Shown piece by piece: positions 1-9,701 of a stretch of DNA of 60,167 bases. The DNA is from a virus. Taxonomy: Duplodnaviria; Caudoviricetes. The notes under the pieces were generated by a model. That model did not search any database. It saw only the letters and a program-made list of their open reading frames with translations, and was not told the origin of the DNA. The stretch is from positions 1 through 60,167 of the IMG/VR virus record IMGVR_UViG_3300017783_000017; one strand, written 5' to 3'. The first letter of the stretch is position 1. The number at the start of each line of letters is the position of its first letter. A program made the translations under genes and the position numbers.

Positions 1-310
1 TATAGATTGAATGTTAGCAGTCGAAAACACAAACACAGTACATAAAAACTCTTTAGCAATAGGAACGAAGCGAGAGGTATTACGGTGTAGCGTATATTTT
101 TAGAATATACGGCGTAGCGTAAGATGTCGACGTAGGTTGGGAAAGGTCAGAGCCCATTGTACTTTGTGTATAAACTAATACCTACTTCCAAGTCTCGGCT
201 GTGGCGAACTCACATGAAGTCAAGATTAGATGGAACCACTAAACAGGTTCCGTCTGACTGAAACAATCTACATGAAGTAATTACAATATGACTTACGTCA
301 TATTGCTTTA
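1..310 (+). ncRNA. 3' part of a putative large structured non-coding RNA (family unassigned, truncated by the window edge)
   Basis: No ORF. Helices seen: TAGATTG 3-9/CAATCTA 264-270; CGTATATT 91-98/AATATACG 104-111; GTAGGT 132-137/ACCTAC 180-185; AGATGGAACC 228-237/GGTTCCGTCT 246-255; terminal hairpin CAATATGAC-TTAC-GTCATATTG 284-305. Confidence 0.5.
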
Positions 311-408
311 ATTATTGTTTATCACTTCTATCATACATAATTCATTACGAAGTAAATAGTTTGAGCGTTAGCGAAAACAAATATCTACGAAGTAGATATT
401 CAAAAACA

Positions 409-416
409 TATAAATA
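409..416 (+). promoter_or_regulatory. T4-type late promoter TATAAATA
   Basis: Exact T4 gp55 late consensus 21 nt upstream of the ORF at 438, with AAGGA SD between them. Confidence 0.8.
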
Positions 417-437
417 ACAATAGTTAAAGGAACAATT

Positions 438-1070
438 ATGCGTATTGATGACATTACACCAAATCATGATTTAAATGAAGCACCCGCTAACATGTTCAAA
501 CAAGGACTTAGGCGACTTGGTGCAAAAGCCGCTGGCGCGGTAGGTATGAAAGGCGTAGCCGCTGGTTTAACTGGGGCAGCCGATACTGGAAAAGAAGCAA
601 ATGAACTTAAAGCTGGACTAAAAGGTTATGTTGGCTCTATTGGAGGCGATATGAACAAATTAGATGCAGGACAATTAAGTGCATTTCTAAAAAGCAAAAA
701 GATGCCGACGGATGGTGTACCTGCGGCAGGCGTTGTTCCACAAAAACAAATTGACGATATTATTTTAAAAGCTGTACAAGCATCTAAGAAATTAGGCGCA
801 GGTGGCGATGCGGCCACTGCTGGCGCAGCCGGAGGTGCTGGTGGAAAAGCTGGTGCCGGAGGACAAGGTGGTGCTGGCGGAGCAGGAGCTCCAGGCGCAC
901 AAGGTGCGGCCAATGCGGCAACAGCATCAGGTGGTGTACAAGGTAACACACCGGCAGCGGCTCCTACAGCGGCAGCCAATGCTGGAGCAAGTAGCATACC
1001 ACCAGAATTACAATCACAATTGGATGCTCTTACACCAACAGAGAAAAAAGCACTGGCAGGGTTGATATAA
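438..1070 (+). CDS. Ala/Gly-rich hypothetical protein, possibly head-internal
   Basis: 210-aa ORF with late promoter and SD. Its N-terminus ends in LNE, resembling a prohead-protease-cleaved leader. Confidence 0.6.
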   Translation: MRIDDITPNHDLNEAPANMFKQGLRRLGAKAAGAVGMKGVAAGLTGAADTGKEANELKAGLKGYVGSIGGDMNKLDAGQLSAFLKSKKMPTDGVPAAGVVPQKQIDDIILKAVQASKKLGAGGDAATAGAAGGAGGKAGAGGQGGAGGAGAPGAQGAANAATASGGVQGNTPAAAPTAAANAGASSIPPELQSQLDALTPTEKKALAGLI

Positions 1071-3184
1071 TGAAACTAAATGAAGTAACTCTTTACGAAA
1101 ACAAAACACATAGAATATTAAAAGAAGGTTATAGAGACCTAACAGAAGCTCAACAGTTGTATATGGGCCGTTGGGAAAAAGAGTTATGGCCATTACTTGA
1201 AGAATACAAAACAGTAATGGAAGCACAACTTACTTCAGACCAAATTGATGCTATCTTTACAAGTGCAGAAACACAAGCAATGGCTTCCGGCGACAACAAA
1301 AATATGTTGGGCAAAGCTGGTTCAGCGGCTGGTGCGGCACTTAAAGTACCAGTTGAAATTGCAAAGAAAGTTGATGCTAAAATTAATGAACTTGGCAGAG
1401 CGGCTAAAGAAGCAGGTCCTGTCAAAGATATGGATGCTAAGTTTAAACAACTTAAAGCAGACATTGACAAAAACAATCCAGACAGTAAGATTGTACAAGG
1501 TATTAAAGATGTAAGTGATTGGGCTAAAGCAAATCCGGGCAAAGCAAGTGTTGCAGTAGGTATTCTTACAGCAGTAGCGGCTTTTGCAGGTGGTCCAGCA
1601 GGTGGTGCGGCAGCAGGTTTGTTGTTGCGTTCAACAAAAGAATTACTACAAGGCGAAGACCTTTCAAGTGCAATTGGTAAGTCAATTAAGACAGCCGCTT
1701 ATGGTGCTATTGCAGGTTGGGCATTAGAAGGCATTGGCGATTGGTTAGAAGGCTTACGTTATGAAGCAGTACCGTTTGAAGCGGCACCTGGCTTAGAACA
1801 AATTGATGTAGGATTTAAAGAAACAATTTCATGGGGCGGCAATACTATCCAAAACGAATTAGGTAGTATGGTTGTACCAGCAGACCAAGTAGACAAGTTT
1901 AAAGATCTATTACAAGGTATTAAAGAAGCTACAGCAGTTACAGGACAAACAACAGATCCAGGTGCTATAAACGCATTTGAAGAACTTTGGACATTTGCAA
2001 AAACATTTGACAAAGCTGAGTTTATCAAAGATATGAATCTTGAAAATAGTGTACGACAAGCAATTGCCGCACAAAATGATTCGTTCTTACAAAACTTAAC
2101 TGCCGCAAATAATGTTATTGCCGCAACTGCCCAAGGTAGTTTACAAGCAAGTGGCAACGAAAAACTAAAAGTTGGTAGCGAAGAAATAAAACCAGAACAA
2201 GGCGAGCTTGACCTACAAGGCGGTTCAGGAACTAAAAACACTGAATCAATGGAACTTGAATTTGAAAAGTTTTTAATTGAAAAAGGTGTGCTTGATAAAA
2301 TTGGATCAGGACTTAAATCAGGTGCGGCCGCAATAGGTGGCGCTGCCAAAGCAGTTGGCAAAGAACTTGGTAACAAAATTACAAAACAAAAGTTAGTTTC
2401 ACAATGGAAAAAGATGGGTGAGCCTACAGACACAGCATCTATTTTCAACGTGCTAACAAGTGCAGGACTTACAGACGAACAAATTGCGGCCATTGCAAGT
2501 GAAACAGGAGTTGAACTTAAAGCAGGCGAAGCAGGAGCAGAAGAGCCAGCGGCTGATACAGGTACAGCAGATGCAGGCGCAGATGCAGAAGCACCAGCAC
2601 AAACAGGCGCAGATGCACCTAAAATTGAAAAAGGTAAAATTGTTAAAGGACCAGAAGGCGATGACTACGAATGGTTAGGCGCACAATGGGTAAACAAGAA
2701 AACAGGTAGAATGGCATCTAAAGATGTTGCCCCAGAACTTAATAAAACTGCAAGCGCACCAGCACCAAAGGCAGATGCACCAGCAGGTGCAGGTGACACA
2801 GCACCAGCAATAAAACCAGGTGATACAAGAGAAGTAGCAGGTAAACAATACAAATGGGAAGGCGCACTATGGACTGATTTACAAACAGGTAGACCAGTTG
2901 GTGTTATTCCATCGCTGAAGTTAGGATTACCTAATCCTAAACTTGATCCAATTGTTGCCGCGGCTAAGAAAGATCCTAAAATTGGTAAATTGATTAAAGA
3001 TCAAATTACAGCAAAAGGTGTTAAAGCAGGAACCGCAGGAGCGGCACAAGCTAAAACAGCAGGTGTCAAAGGTGATGTTAAATTAAATGCTAAAGGTGTA
3101 ACTAAGTCTGCACCATCGCCAACAGCGTCAGGCATTAGTAAGCCTAACACTGTTACGCCAAAGCCTAAACCAGCTACAGTTTAA
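1070..3184 (+). CDS. Large hypothetical protein, possibly head-internal/ejected, with a hydrophobic segment and two W-x-G-x-x-W repeats
   Basis: 704 aa, coupled to the upstream ORF by TAATG. MKLNE start, GILTAVAAFAGGPAGGAAAGLLL segment, and repeats YEWLGAQW..KTGR / YKWEGALW..QTGR. Confidence 0.6.
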   Translation: MKLNEVTLYENKTHRILKEGYRDLTEAQQLYMGRWEKELWPLLEEYKTVMEAQLTSDQIDAIFTSAETQAMASGDNKNMLGKAGSAAGAALKVPVEIAKKVDAKINELGRAAKEAGPVKDMDAKFKQLKADIDKNNPDSKIVQGIKDVSDWAKANPGKASVAVGILTAVAAFAGGPAGGAAAGLLLRSTKELLQGEDLSSAIGKSIKTAAYGAIAGWALEGIGDWLEGLRYEAVPFEAAPGLEQIDVGFKETISWGGNTIQNELGSMVVPADQVDKFKDLLQGIKEATAVTGQTTDPGAINAFEELWTFAKTFDKAEFIKDMNLENSVRQAIAAQNDSFLQNLTAANNVIAATAQGSLQASGNEKLKVGSEEIKPEQGELDLQGGSGTKNTESMELEFEKFLIEKGVLDKIGSGLKSGAAAIGGAAKAVGKELGNKITKQKLVSQWKKMGEPTDTASIFNVLTSAGLTDEQIAAIASETGVELKAGEAGAEEPAADTGTADAGADAEAPAQTGADAPKIEKGKIVKGPEGDDYEWLGAQWVNKKTGRMASKDVAPELNKTASAPAPKADAPAGAGDTAPAIKPGDTREVAGKQYKWEGALWTDLQTGRPVGVIPSLKLGLPNPKLDPIVAAAKKDPKIGKLIKDQITAKGVKAGTAGAAQAKTAGVKGDVKLNAKGVTKSAPSPTASGISKPNTVTPKPKPATV

Positions 3185-3408
3185 AAGTAAGGTAATCCAG
3201 ATTTTTTAGTTGTTTCGATATTGTCTTTAACAATGTCGTTAATCAACTGTCTATCTTCGAAGCAAAGAGCCATTGCTTCTTCGTAAGTCACACCGCCACG
3301 CATATGCCAACAAATTCTTAGCAATTCAGACTTAATTTGTTTTACATCTCCGTCAAGTCTTTTTGACTCTTCCAGGATCTCATCGCGACCGAACGATAAG
3401 ATCCTCAT
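3181..3408 (-). CDS. Small baseplate/tail assembly protein (gp51-like position)
   Basis: 75 aa, overlapping the gp26-like gene by ATGA, as in T4-like gp26/gp51 pairs. Motif WHMRGGVTYEEAM. Confidence 0.5.
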   Translation of the reverse strand: MRILSFGRDEILEESKRLDGDVKQIKSELLRICWHMRGGVTYEEAMALCFEDRQLINDIVKDNIETTKKSGLPYF

Positions 3409-4274
3409 GCGAAAAAATTTGATTGATCAAATGTAATCGGTACTTCATATGTCTCAGGTACACCTGCTTTTCTTTCTTCTTCGGTAGCAGTTATATTGAG
3501 AGGTTTGATGTTGAACTTATCTTTCTGTTTTTCCAAATGATCAGTTACTTCTTTAAAGAAGTTCTTATCGCAATTAGCAATAAACTCATCAATGTGTTTT
3601 TGACTTGTTACTTCATCATCTCCGATTTGGATAGATGAAATACTTTTAGACAAAGTTGTAATATTAATTTCAGTTAATTTTTTAAAACTTTCATTAAACT
3701 TTGCTAACTTTTCTTGTTCTGACATTTTGTCATCGTTTACTAATGCAAACACTCTCTGTTCTTCGAACGTCTTTAAAGATACGTCAGTAAACTCTCTATA
3801 TGTTAAAGGACGTAGTCTGACATGAAATTCTTCAATATCAATTTCTGTTTCAAACTGGTGTCCTGTTATATCTCCTAACAAAGAGTTTAGGTCTACACTG
3901 AAATCTTTCTCAGCGCCTGTAACAGGTGTGCTTGTGGTGAGTTCCATAGTATCACCATAAGTAGCAATTCTAATTGCTATTAGTACTGCATCAAGATCAA
4001 CACTTGGCATCATCCAAGGATCTTTGATGTTAGGTACACAACTTTTGATTAAATCAACAGTTGCTTGACCGTTGAGAAGAGCATCTGGTGTTTTCATCGT
4101 AAGCTCATCTTTTGCCGTCATTGCATATATCGGTACTTCCCCATTTTCAGGTAGGTCAATTGCACCTGGTGGGTAAAAAATCCCTCTACTTGGTAAGTTT
4201 AAATAAACTTTTGGTTGTCTAAAATACTTACGTAGCGGATTTTGTTCTTTACCGAGCTTTTCTAAATCAGCCAT
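3405..4274 (-). CDS. gp26: Baseplate hub subunit (T4 gp26-like)
   Basis: P..YL.LPS, MTAKDE, DLDAVLIAIRIATYG motifs and an F.DQSNFF C-terminus typical of T4-like baseplate hub proteins. Confidence 0.7.
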   Translation of the reverse strand: MADLEKLGKEQNPLRKYFRQPKVYLNLPSRGIFYPPGAIDLPENGEVPIYAMTAKDELTMKTPDALLNGQATVDLIKSCVPNIKDPWMMPSVDLDAVLIAIRIATYGDTMELTTSTPVTGAEKDFSVDLNSLLGDITGHQFETEIDIEEFHVRLRPLTYREFTDVSLKTFEEQRVFALVNDDKMSEQEKLAKFNESFKKLTEINITTLSKSISSIQIGDDEVTSQKHIDEFIANCDKNFFKEVTDHLEKQKDKFNIKPLNITATEEERKAGVPETYEVPITFDQSNFFA

Positions 4275-4285
4275 TCTTTTCTCCG

Positions 4286-4327
4286 TATAAATACATTATA
4301 TAAGTATATGTATCACATTTATTTATG
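4286..4327. promoter_or_regulatory. Crossed pair of late promoters
   Basis: TATAAATA on + at 4286-4293 (towards 4353) and CATAAATA on - at 4320-4327 (towards 4274). Confidence 0.65.
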
Positions 4328-4352
4328 TACGTATATAATTGGATGATTAGAT

Positions 4353-7300
4353 TTGGCTGAAGAAGTAGAAATTGGTAATGTAGGCGGAGCAGACGGTGTT
4401 GCTTCCGAAGTTACCTTACAAAAATTATTAGACGCTGTACTTAAACAAGGTATAGGCGGTTCTGGTGGTGCCGGCAAGCTACAAAAAATGCACAATGATG
4501 CATTAAAGCAAGGTGTAACAGCGGCCAAAGATCAAACAAAAGCACAAAAAGACGGCACAGAAGCTACTAAACAAGCAACTGAGTCTACAATAAAACTTTC
4601 AAGGATCATGCAGGGTGCGCTGTTAGGAAGCCTATCAGCAGTAGCAGGATCTATAAAAGGACTTGCAGGCGAAGTACTTAAAGGTAGTGAAAACCTTGGC
4701 GACTTTGCAAAACATCTACCTTTAGTAGGTGGATATCTTGCACCATTAGTAGGACTATTAGATCAAAATGTTGAAGCGTTTAGAAACATGGCTACAATTG
4801 GTGCTACGTTTGGTGACGGCTTAAACGATATAAGAAGGATTTCAGCAGAAGCTGGCGTACCATTAGGTGAGTTCCAAGAACTTGTAATGGAAAATGCAGG
4901 TGCAATGAAACTGTTTGGCGGTACTACTGCATCGGGTGCAAAAAACTTTGCTCGCATGTCTAAGGAATTTAGAGAAGGTCCAGGACAAGAATTGATGATG
5001 CTTGGTTTTTCTGCACAGCAGTTAAATCAAACACTTATTGAATATTCAGAATTTAGTCAAACACAAATTGGTGTTGACAGACGTAATAGAGCAATTGATG
5101 GTGCGCAAGCCGCAGAGTATGCAAAAACATTACAAAATGTTGCCGCGCTAACAGGTAAACGTGCAGATCAAATTGCGGCGGAAATGAAAGCCGCACAAGG
5201 CGATCAGAGAACAAGGTTAGCACTTAACCAAATGGAAGCCGGTGTACGTGAGAAGTTTATGGCAAACATGTCTCAAGCACCTGAAGGCTTACAGAAAACT
5301 TTAACAAACTTAGCATTAGGTATACCAGATGAGCTTGGTGTACAATTAGGATCATTGAGTGATACCTTTAGAGAAAAAGGTCATCAGATTAAGGACATGA
5401 ATCCTGATGAAATGAATGATTTCCTTGCACAAGTTGGTAAAGAACTTGATGCCGCAGGCGCAAGTTTTGGTAGTGCAGGTGGTTTAGTACTTGATGGTGC
5501 TCTTGGCGATGCATTACAAATTGGAGCCGCATTAAGAGACAAACGTCAACTAACTGAGGAAGAAAAGAAAGAACGTAAAGAAGCATTAGCAAGGGAAAAA
5601 GAAACTAACGCAGGAATGAAAAAATTCCATGATGCAATGCGTCAATTAAGTACTGGCGTAATGGCCGCATTTGCTGCCGAAGGTGGTCCTTTAGAAATGC
5701 TTACAAATTCTATGGGCGATCTAACAGGTATGATTACAGACTTTGTTGCAAGCCCTGAGTTTAAAGAAGGTATGAAAACTTTAACAAAGTCTCTTCAAAA
5801 CGGTGTAACACATGTAAAAGAATTTTTTGCTGATATTCAAGAATTTGGATTTGGCACAGCGTTATCAAATCTATTAGAAAAAATCAACTTCCCAAATATA
5901 TTTGCAAAAGTTGGAGATGCTATTGGAGATGCACTAAAGTCAGTGTTTACAGATCCATTAGTGCTTGGTGCTATAGCCGCAATATTTGCAGGACCCAAAC
6001 TCCTTTCAGCAGCCTCAAGTGGTGTAACTAAAATGTTTAGTGGCATGCTTGGCGGTGGTGGAGGCGGCGGAGGCGGCGGCGGAGGCGGCGGTGCCGCACC
6101 AAAAGGACGTCCAGGAGCAGGTGGAGCAAGAGCAGGAGCAAGTGTTGGTAACTTTGTAGGCCAAATGGGCGCAGGCGTAATGAAAGGCGCCGCTGCCGGT
6201 TTAAAAGCATTTGCTAATCCAGCAATACTTGTAGGTGCAGGTATATTAGCCGCTTCTATTACTGCAATTGGTGCAGGTATAGCAGGAGCAACATGGATAA
6301 TTGGTGCTTCACTTCCTAAGTTTGCAGAAGGCATGGAGAAGTTTGAAGAAGTAGACGGACCAGCATTAGTCGCAGCCGCCAAAGGCATGTTAGCAATTAG
6401 TGGAGCAATGGTAGCATTTGGCGCAGGTTCAGCAGTATCAGGATTAGGACAATTAGTAGGCGGAATAACTGAAGGCTTAGCAGGACTGTTTGGCGCAGAC
6501 GATCCGTTGACTAAGATGAAGAAATTCTCTGATGCTAACTTAGATGCTACAAAAGTAGAAGCTAACGCAAAAGCATTGGTAGCATATTCGACAGCAATGG
6601 CCGCATATGGAGGCGGAGCAGCCGCGGCTGGCTTAGGAACATTAGTTGGTGGAATAGCAACAGGTATTACGAGCTTCTTTGGAGGCGACACAGAAATACC
6701 ATTTGATAAAATTGCAAAATTTGGCACATATAATATTGACTTAGCAGGCGTAGAAAATAACGCTAAAGCATTAGTAGCATATTCAAACGCAATGGCAAAA
6801 TACTCAGCAGGTAGTGCTGGCGCAAGCATCATGGGCGCAGTGGGTAGTGTGTTTGATGCAGTAAGTGGTTTCTTTGGCGGAGAAAAAGAAGAATTACCAT
6901 TTGATAAAATAAAAGCATTTGCAAGTGTTGACTTAGGTGATACAGAAAAAATTAAAGGTAACGCAGACGCTGTAGCGGCATTTGGCAACGCTATGAGTTC
7001 ATTGCCTGCAAACCTTGATGGTGAACGCTCAGGCGGATTAATGGGTGCAGTTGCAGGATTCTTTAAAGGCGAGCAAAAGTTACCATATGATAGAATAAAA
7101 GAATTTGCTGATGTAGATCTTGGAGATACTGCAAAGGTAAAAAGTAATGCAGAAGCAGTAAGTGCATTTGGTACAGCAATGAGTAACTTACCAGCAAACA
7201 TAGACGGAGAAAGATCCGGCGGATTGTTTGGTGCTCTTGCAACAGCATTTGGTGGTGGCAAAAAACTACCTTATGAAAATATCAAAGCATTTAGTACAGC

Positions 7301-7682
7301 AGACTTAGGTAGTTTGCAAGGTGTACAAAATAATGCTAATGTTGTTAGTGCGTTTAGCACAGCATTTTCAGGTTTAAATGACGTAGAAATTGACAAAGTT
7401 ACTGATTACGCTGAAGCATTAGATACATTAACAGAATCATTAAAAGATTTAAACAAAGAACTGAAGCGAGATAATGACAGTTTACTCACAGAACGTGCAG
7501 ATGCTGGTGAATTATTATCAGGTATCAGTACTGCCAGTTCCGGCTCATCAGAAGGTATAAACCGATTAAATAGTACTATGCAATCGATAGAAACTATCTT
7601 GGGACAAATTAATAACCATAATGAGAATACAGCTAAGTATACTAAAGGGATGGCCAATGCAGATGGACTTACCTTTACATAA
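4353..7682 (+). CDS. Tape-measure-like / baseplate hub tail-length protein
   Basis: 1109 aa with TTG start. Ala/Gly-rich and helical, with hydrophobic segments, a poly-Gly tract and ~60-aa repeats. Divergent from gp26. Confidence 0.6.
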   Translation: MAEEVEIGNVGGADGVASEVTLQKLLDAVLKQGIGGSGGAGKLQKMHNDALKQGVTAAKDQTKAQKDGTEATKQATESTIKLSRIMQGALLGSLSAVAGSIKGLAGEVLKGSENLGDFAKHLPLVGGYLAPLVGLLDQNVEAFRNMATIGATFGDGLNDIRRISAEAGVPLGEFQELVMENAGAMKLFGGTTASGAKNFARMSKEFREGPGQELMMLGFSAQQLNQTLIEYSEFSQTQIGVDRRNRAIDGAQAAEYAKTLQNVAALTGKRADQIAAEMKAAQGDQRTRLALNQMEAGVREKFMANMSQAPEGLQKTLTNLALGIPDELGVQLGSLSDTFREKGHQIKDMNPDEMNDFLAQVGKELDAAGASFGSAGGLVLDGALGDALQIGAALRDKRQLTEEEKKERKEALAREKETNAGMKKFHDAMRQLSTGVMAAFAAEGGPLEMLTNSMGDLTGMITDFVASPEFKEGMKTLTKSLQNGVTHVKEFFADIQEFGFGTALSNLLEKINFPNIFAKVGDAIGDALKSVFTDPLVLGAIAAIFAGPKLLSAASSGVTKMFSGMLGGGGGGGGGGGGGGAAPKGRPGAGGARAGASVGNFVGQMGAGVMKGAAAGLKAFANPAILVGAGILAASITAIGAGIAGATWIIGASLPKFAEGMEKFEEVDGPALVAAAKGMLAISGAMVAFGAGSAVSGLGQLVGGITEGLAGLFGADDPLTKMKKFSDANLDATKVEANAKALVAYSTAMAAYGGGAAAAGLGTLVGGIATGITSFFGGDTEIPFDKIAKFGTYNIDLAGVENNAKALVAYSNAMAKYSAGSAGASIMGAVGSVFDAVSGFFGGEKEELPFDKIKAFASVDLGDTEKIKGNADAVAAFGNAMSSLPANLDGERSGGLMGAVAGFFKGEQKLPYDRIKEFADVDLGDTAKVKSNAEAVSAFGTAMSNLPANIDGERSGGLFGALATAFGGGKKLPYENIKAFSTADLGSLQGVQNNANVVSAFSTAFSGLNDVEIDKVTDYAEALDTLTESLKDLNKELKRDNDSLLTERADAGELLSGISTASSGSSEGINRLNSTMQSIETILGQINNHNENTAKYTKGMANADGLTFT
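6500..7370 (+). repeat. Tandem ~60-aa repeats in the tape-measure-like protein
   Basis: Recurring (L/I)P(F/Y)D.IK.F...DLG...(V/I)..NA.A(V/L).AF..AM unit, about 5 copies. Confidence 0.7.
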
Positions 7683-7693
7683 GAGAGAATAGA

Positions 7694-9445
7694 ATGACTT
7701 GGAAAAAATACTTTACGCCTGTAGACACTAACAATTACCAAAGAAGTAATGTAAGCCCTATTAGTGGCGGCCGAGGAGGACAAGCAGGTCCTGCACGGGC
7801 AAACTATTCAAGTTTCTTACCTGATGTATATGTTGGTACACCTAACAGAATAGAACGTTACGGTCAATACAACACTATGGATATGGATAGTGAAGTAAAT
7901 GCCGCATTAGATATATTAGGCGAATTCTGCACACAAAAGAACAAACAAAATAATACACCATTTGTATTTGATTTTAGACAACAAGCTACAAATAGTGAAA
8001 CGTTAACAATACAAAAATACTTACAACAGTGGGTAAAGTTACAAGACTTTGAAACTAAAATATTTAGAATTGTACGAAACGTATTTAAAATGGGTGATCA
8101 ATTCTTTTTGCGTGATCCAGAAACTAAACGTTGGTTTCATGTAGATCCTGCAAACGTAACACGTATTATTGTAAACGAATCAGAAGGTAAAATACCAGAG
8201 CAGTACGTAATTAAAAATATTAATTTTAATTTTAAAGACGGAATTGCAACAACACCTTATCAAACAAGTGGCAACTTAACAGGCGGTGGCGGTACACAGT
8301 ACGAACCAACTGGTGGCGCAAGAGGTATGGTAGGACAACCTCAGTCAAGTATGAGTGGAAGTAGATTCCAAACAGACGATTCTGAAGTTACTGTTGATGC
8401 AAAACACGTTGTACATTTAAGTTTATCAGAAGGATTAGATAACAATTTTCCGTTTGGTAACAGTTTATTAGAAACAATTTTTAAAGTATACAAGCAAAAA
8501 GAATTGCTTGAAGATGCGATTATCATATATCGTGTACAAAGAGCGCCAGAGCGCAGAGTATTCTACGTTGATGTGGGCAATATGCCTTCACACCTTGCTA
8601 TGCAATTTGTGGAGCGTGTTAAAACGGAAATACATCAAAGACGCATCCCATCCAAGACAGGCGGTGGCACAAATGTTATAGACAGTTCTTACAATCCGCT
8701 ATCAATTAACGAAGATTACTTCTTCCCTCAAACAGCAGAAGGTAGAGGATCAAAGGTTGAAACGCTTCCAGGTGGTACAAACTTAGGAGAAATTGATGAC
8801 CTTAGATACTTTACTAATAAGTTGGTACGCGGATTACGTATACCAAGTTCGTACTTACCAACTGGAGCAGATGATTCGGCAGCACAATATAATGACGGAC
8901 GTGTGGGCACAGCTTATATCCAAGAGCTACGCTTCAATACCTATTGTGAACGTTTGCAGAATTTAATCATTGAAGAGTTTGATACAGAATTTAAACGCTA
9001 CCTATTAGAAAAAGGCGTAAATGTCGATACAAATATGTTCGACTTAAAATTCCAACCACCACAAAACTTTGCAAGTTATAGACAAGCTGAAATTGATAAT
9101 GCTCGTGTACCAACGTATACACAGATGGCGGCAATTCCTTATATGTCAAATAGATTTGCATTAAAACGTTTCTTAGGAATGACAGACGAAGAGCTTGCAG
9201 AAAACGAAAAGCTATGGCGTGAAGAGAACGAAGAAAACTTAGAACCTATAACAGATGATACAGCAAGTCAAATTAGGGCAGGTGGAATTAGTTCAGCAGG
9301 AATAGATTCAGACCTTGGTGCTGGCGAAGATATACTTGCAGGTGACGACACAATACCAACAGACGGTGGTGATGCAACAGGACCTGAAAGTGCAACAGAT
9401 ACAGATGTAGGCGCGGCGCCTGCTAATAACGAACAAACGGTATAA
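7694..9445 (+). CDS. gp20: Portal protein (T4 gp20-like)
   Basis: LLEDAIIIYRVQRAPERRVFYVDVGNMP, EDYFFP, GRGSKVETLPGG.NLGEIDDLRYF motifs. Confidence 0.95.
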   Translation: MTWKKYFTPVDTNNYQRSNVSPISGGRGGQAGPARANYSSFLPDVYVGTPNRIERYGQYNTMDMDSEVNAALDILGEFCTQKNKQNNTPFVFDFRQQATNSETLTIQKYLQQWVKLQDFETKIFRIVRNVFKMGDQFFLRDPETKRWFHVDPANVTRIIVNESEGKIPEQYVIKNINFNFKDGIATTPYQTSGNLTGGGGTQYEPTGGARGMVGQPQSSMSGSRFQTDDSEVTVDAKHVVHLSLSEGLDNNFPFGNSLLETIFKVYKQKELLEDAIIIYRVQRAPERRVFYVDVGNMPSHLAMQFVERVKTEIHQRRIPSKTGGGTNVIDSSYNPLSINEDYFFPQTAEGRGSKVETLPGGTNLGEIDDLRYFTNKLVRGLRIPSSYLPTGADDSAAQYNDGRVGTAYIQELRFNTYCERLQNLIIEEFDTEFKRYLLEKGVNVDTNMFDLKFQPPQNFASYRQAEIDNARVPTYTQMAAIPYMSNRFALKRFLGMTDEELAENEKLWREENEENLEPITDDTASQIRAGGISSAGIDSDLGAGEDILAGDDTIPTDGGDATGPESATDTDVGAAPANNEQTV

Positions 9446-9448
9446 ATA
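9441..9448 (+). promoter_or_regulatory. Late promoter TATAAATA giving a near-leaderless transcript
   Basis: Consensus ends 4 nt before the ATG at 9453, with no SD. Confidence 0.65.
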
Positions 9449-9452
9449 CAAT

Positions 9453-9698
9453 ATGATACTTAGAGAACTATATTATTTTGACGATCAGGGTAAACCTGTT
9501 GAAGATGAAACTTATGAGCCTATTCATGATGATGGTCCTCTAACGTTTGACGACACTCGTAAAACTAAACTAACACTAAAACAAATCAATAGAATCCGCA
9601 AAGCATCTGAAACACACACTGAAGAATCTAAAAAAGATTTAGAGTTTATTAAACAGATGTATGGTATTGCAGCCAATGCTGAGGCCGGCGGAGTATGA
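9453..9698 (+). CDS. Small head-module protein
   Basis: 81 aa directly after portal. MILREL start and DDTRKTKLTL.QIN.IR motif. Confidence 0.65.
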   Translation: MILRELYYFDDQGKPVEDETYEPIHDDGPLTFDDTRKTKLTLKQINRIRKASETHTEESKKDLEFIKQMYGIAANAEAGGV

Positions 9699-9701
9699 TA
9701 A

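Noticed and set aside
6051-6092. GGC/GGA-rich tract as a G-quadruplex or contingency locus
   Set aside because: It is an in-frame poly-Gly linker with mixed codons. Triplet slippage would not shift the frame.
5837-7261. 474-aa minus-strand ORF, plus other long antisense ORFs (e.g. 1759-2493, 10386-11234)
   Set aside because: These are shadows of Ala/Gly- or Asp/Glu-rich plus-strand genes with biased codons. They have no SD, promoter or recognisable motifs.
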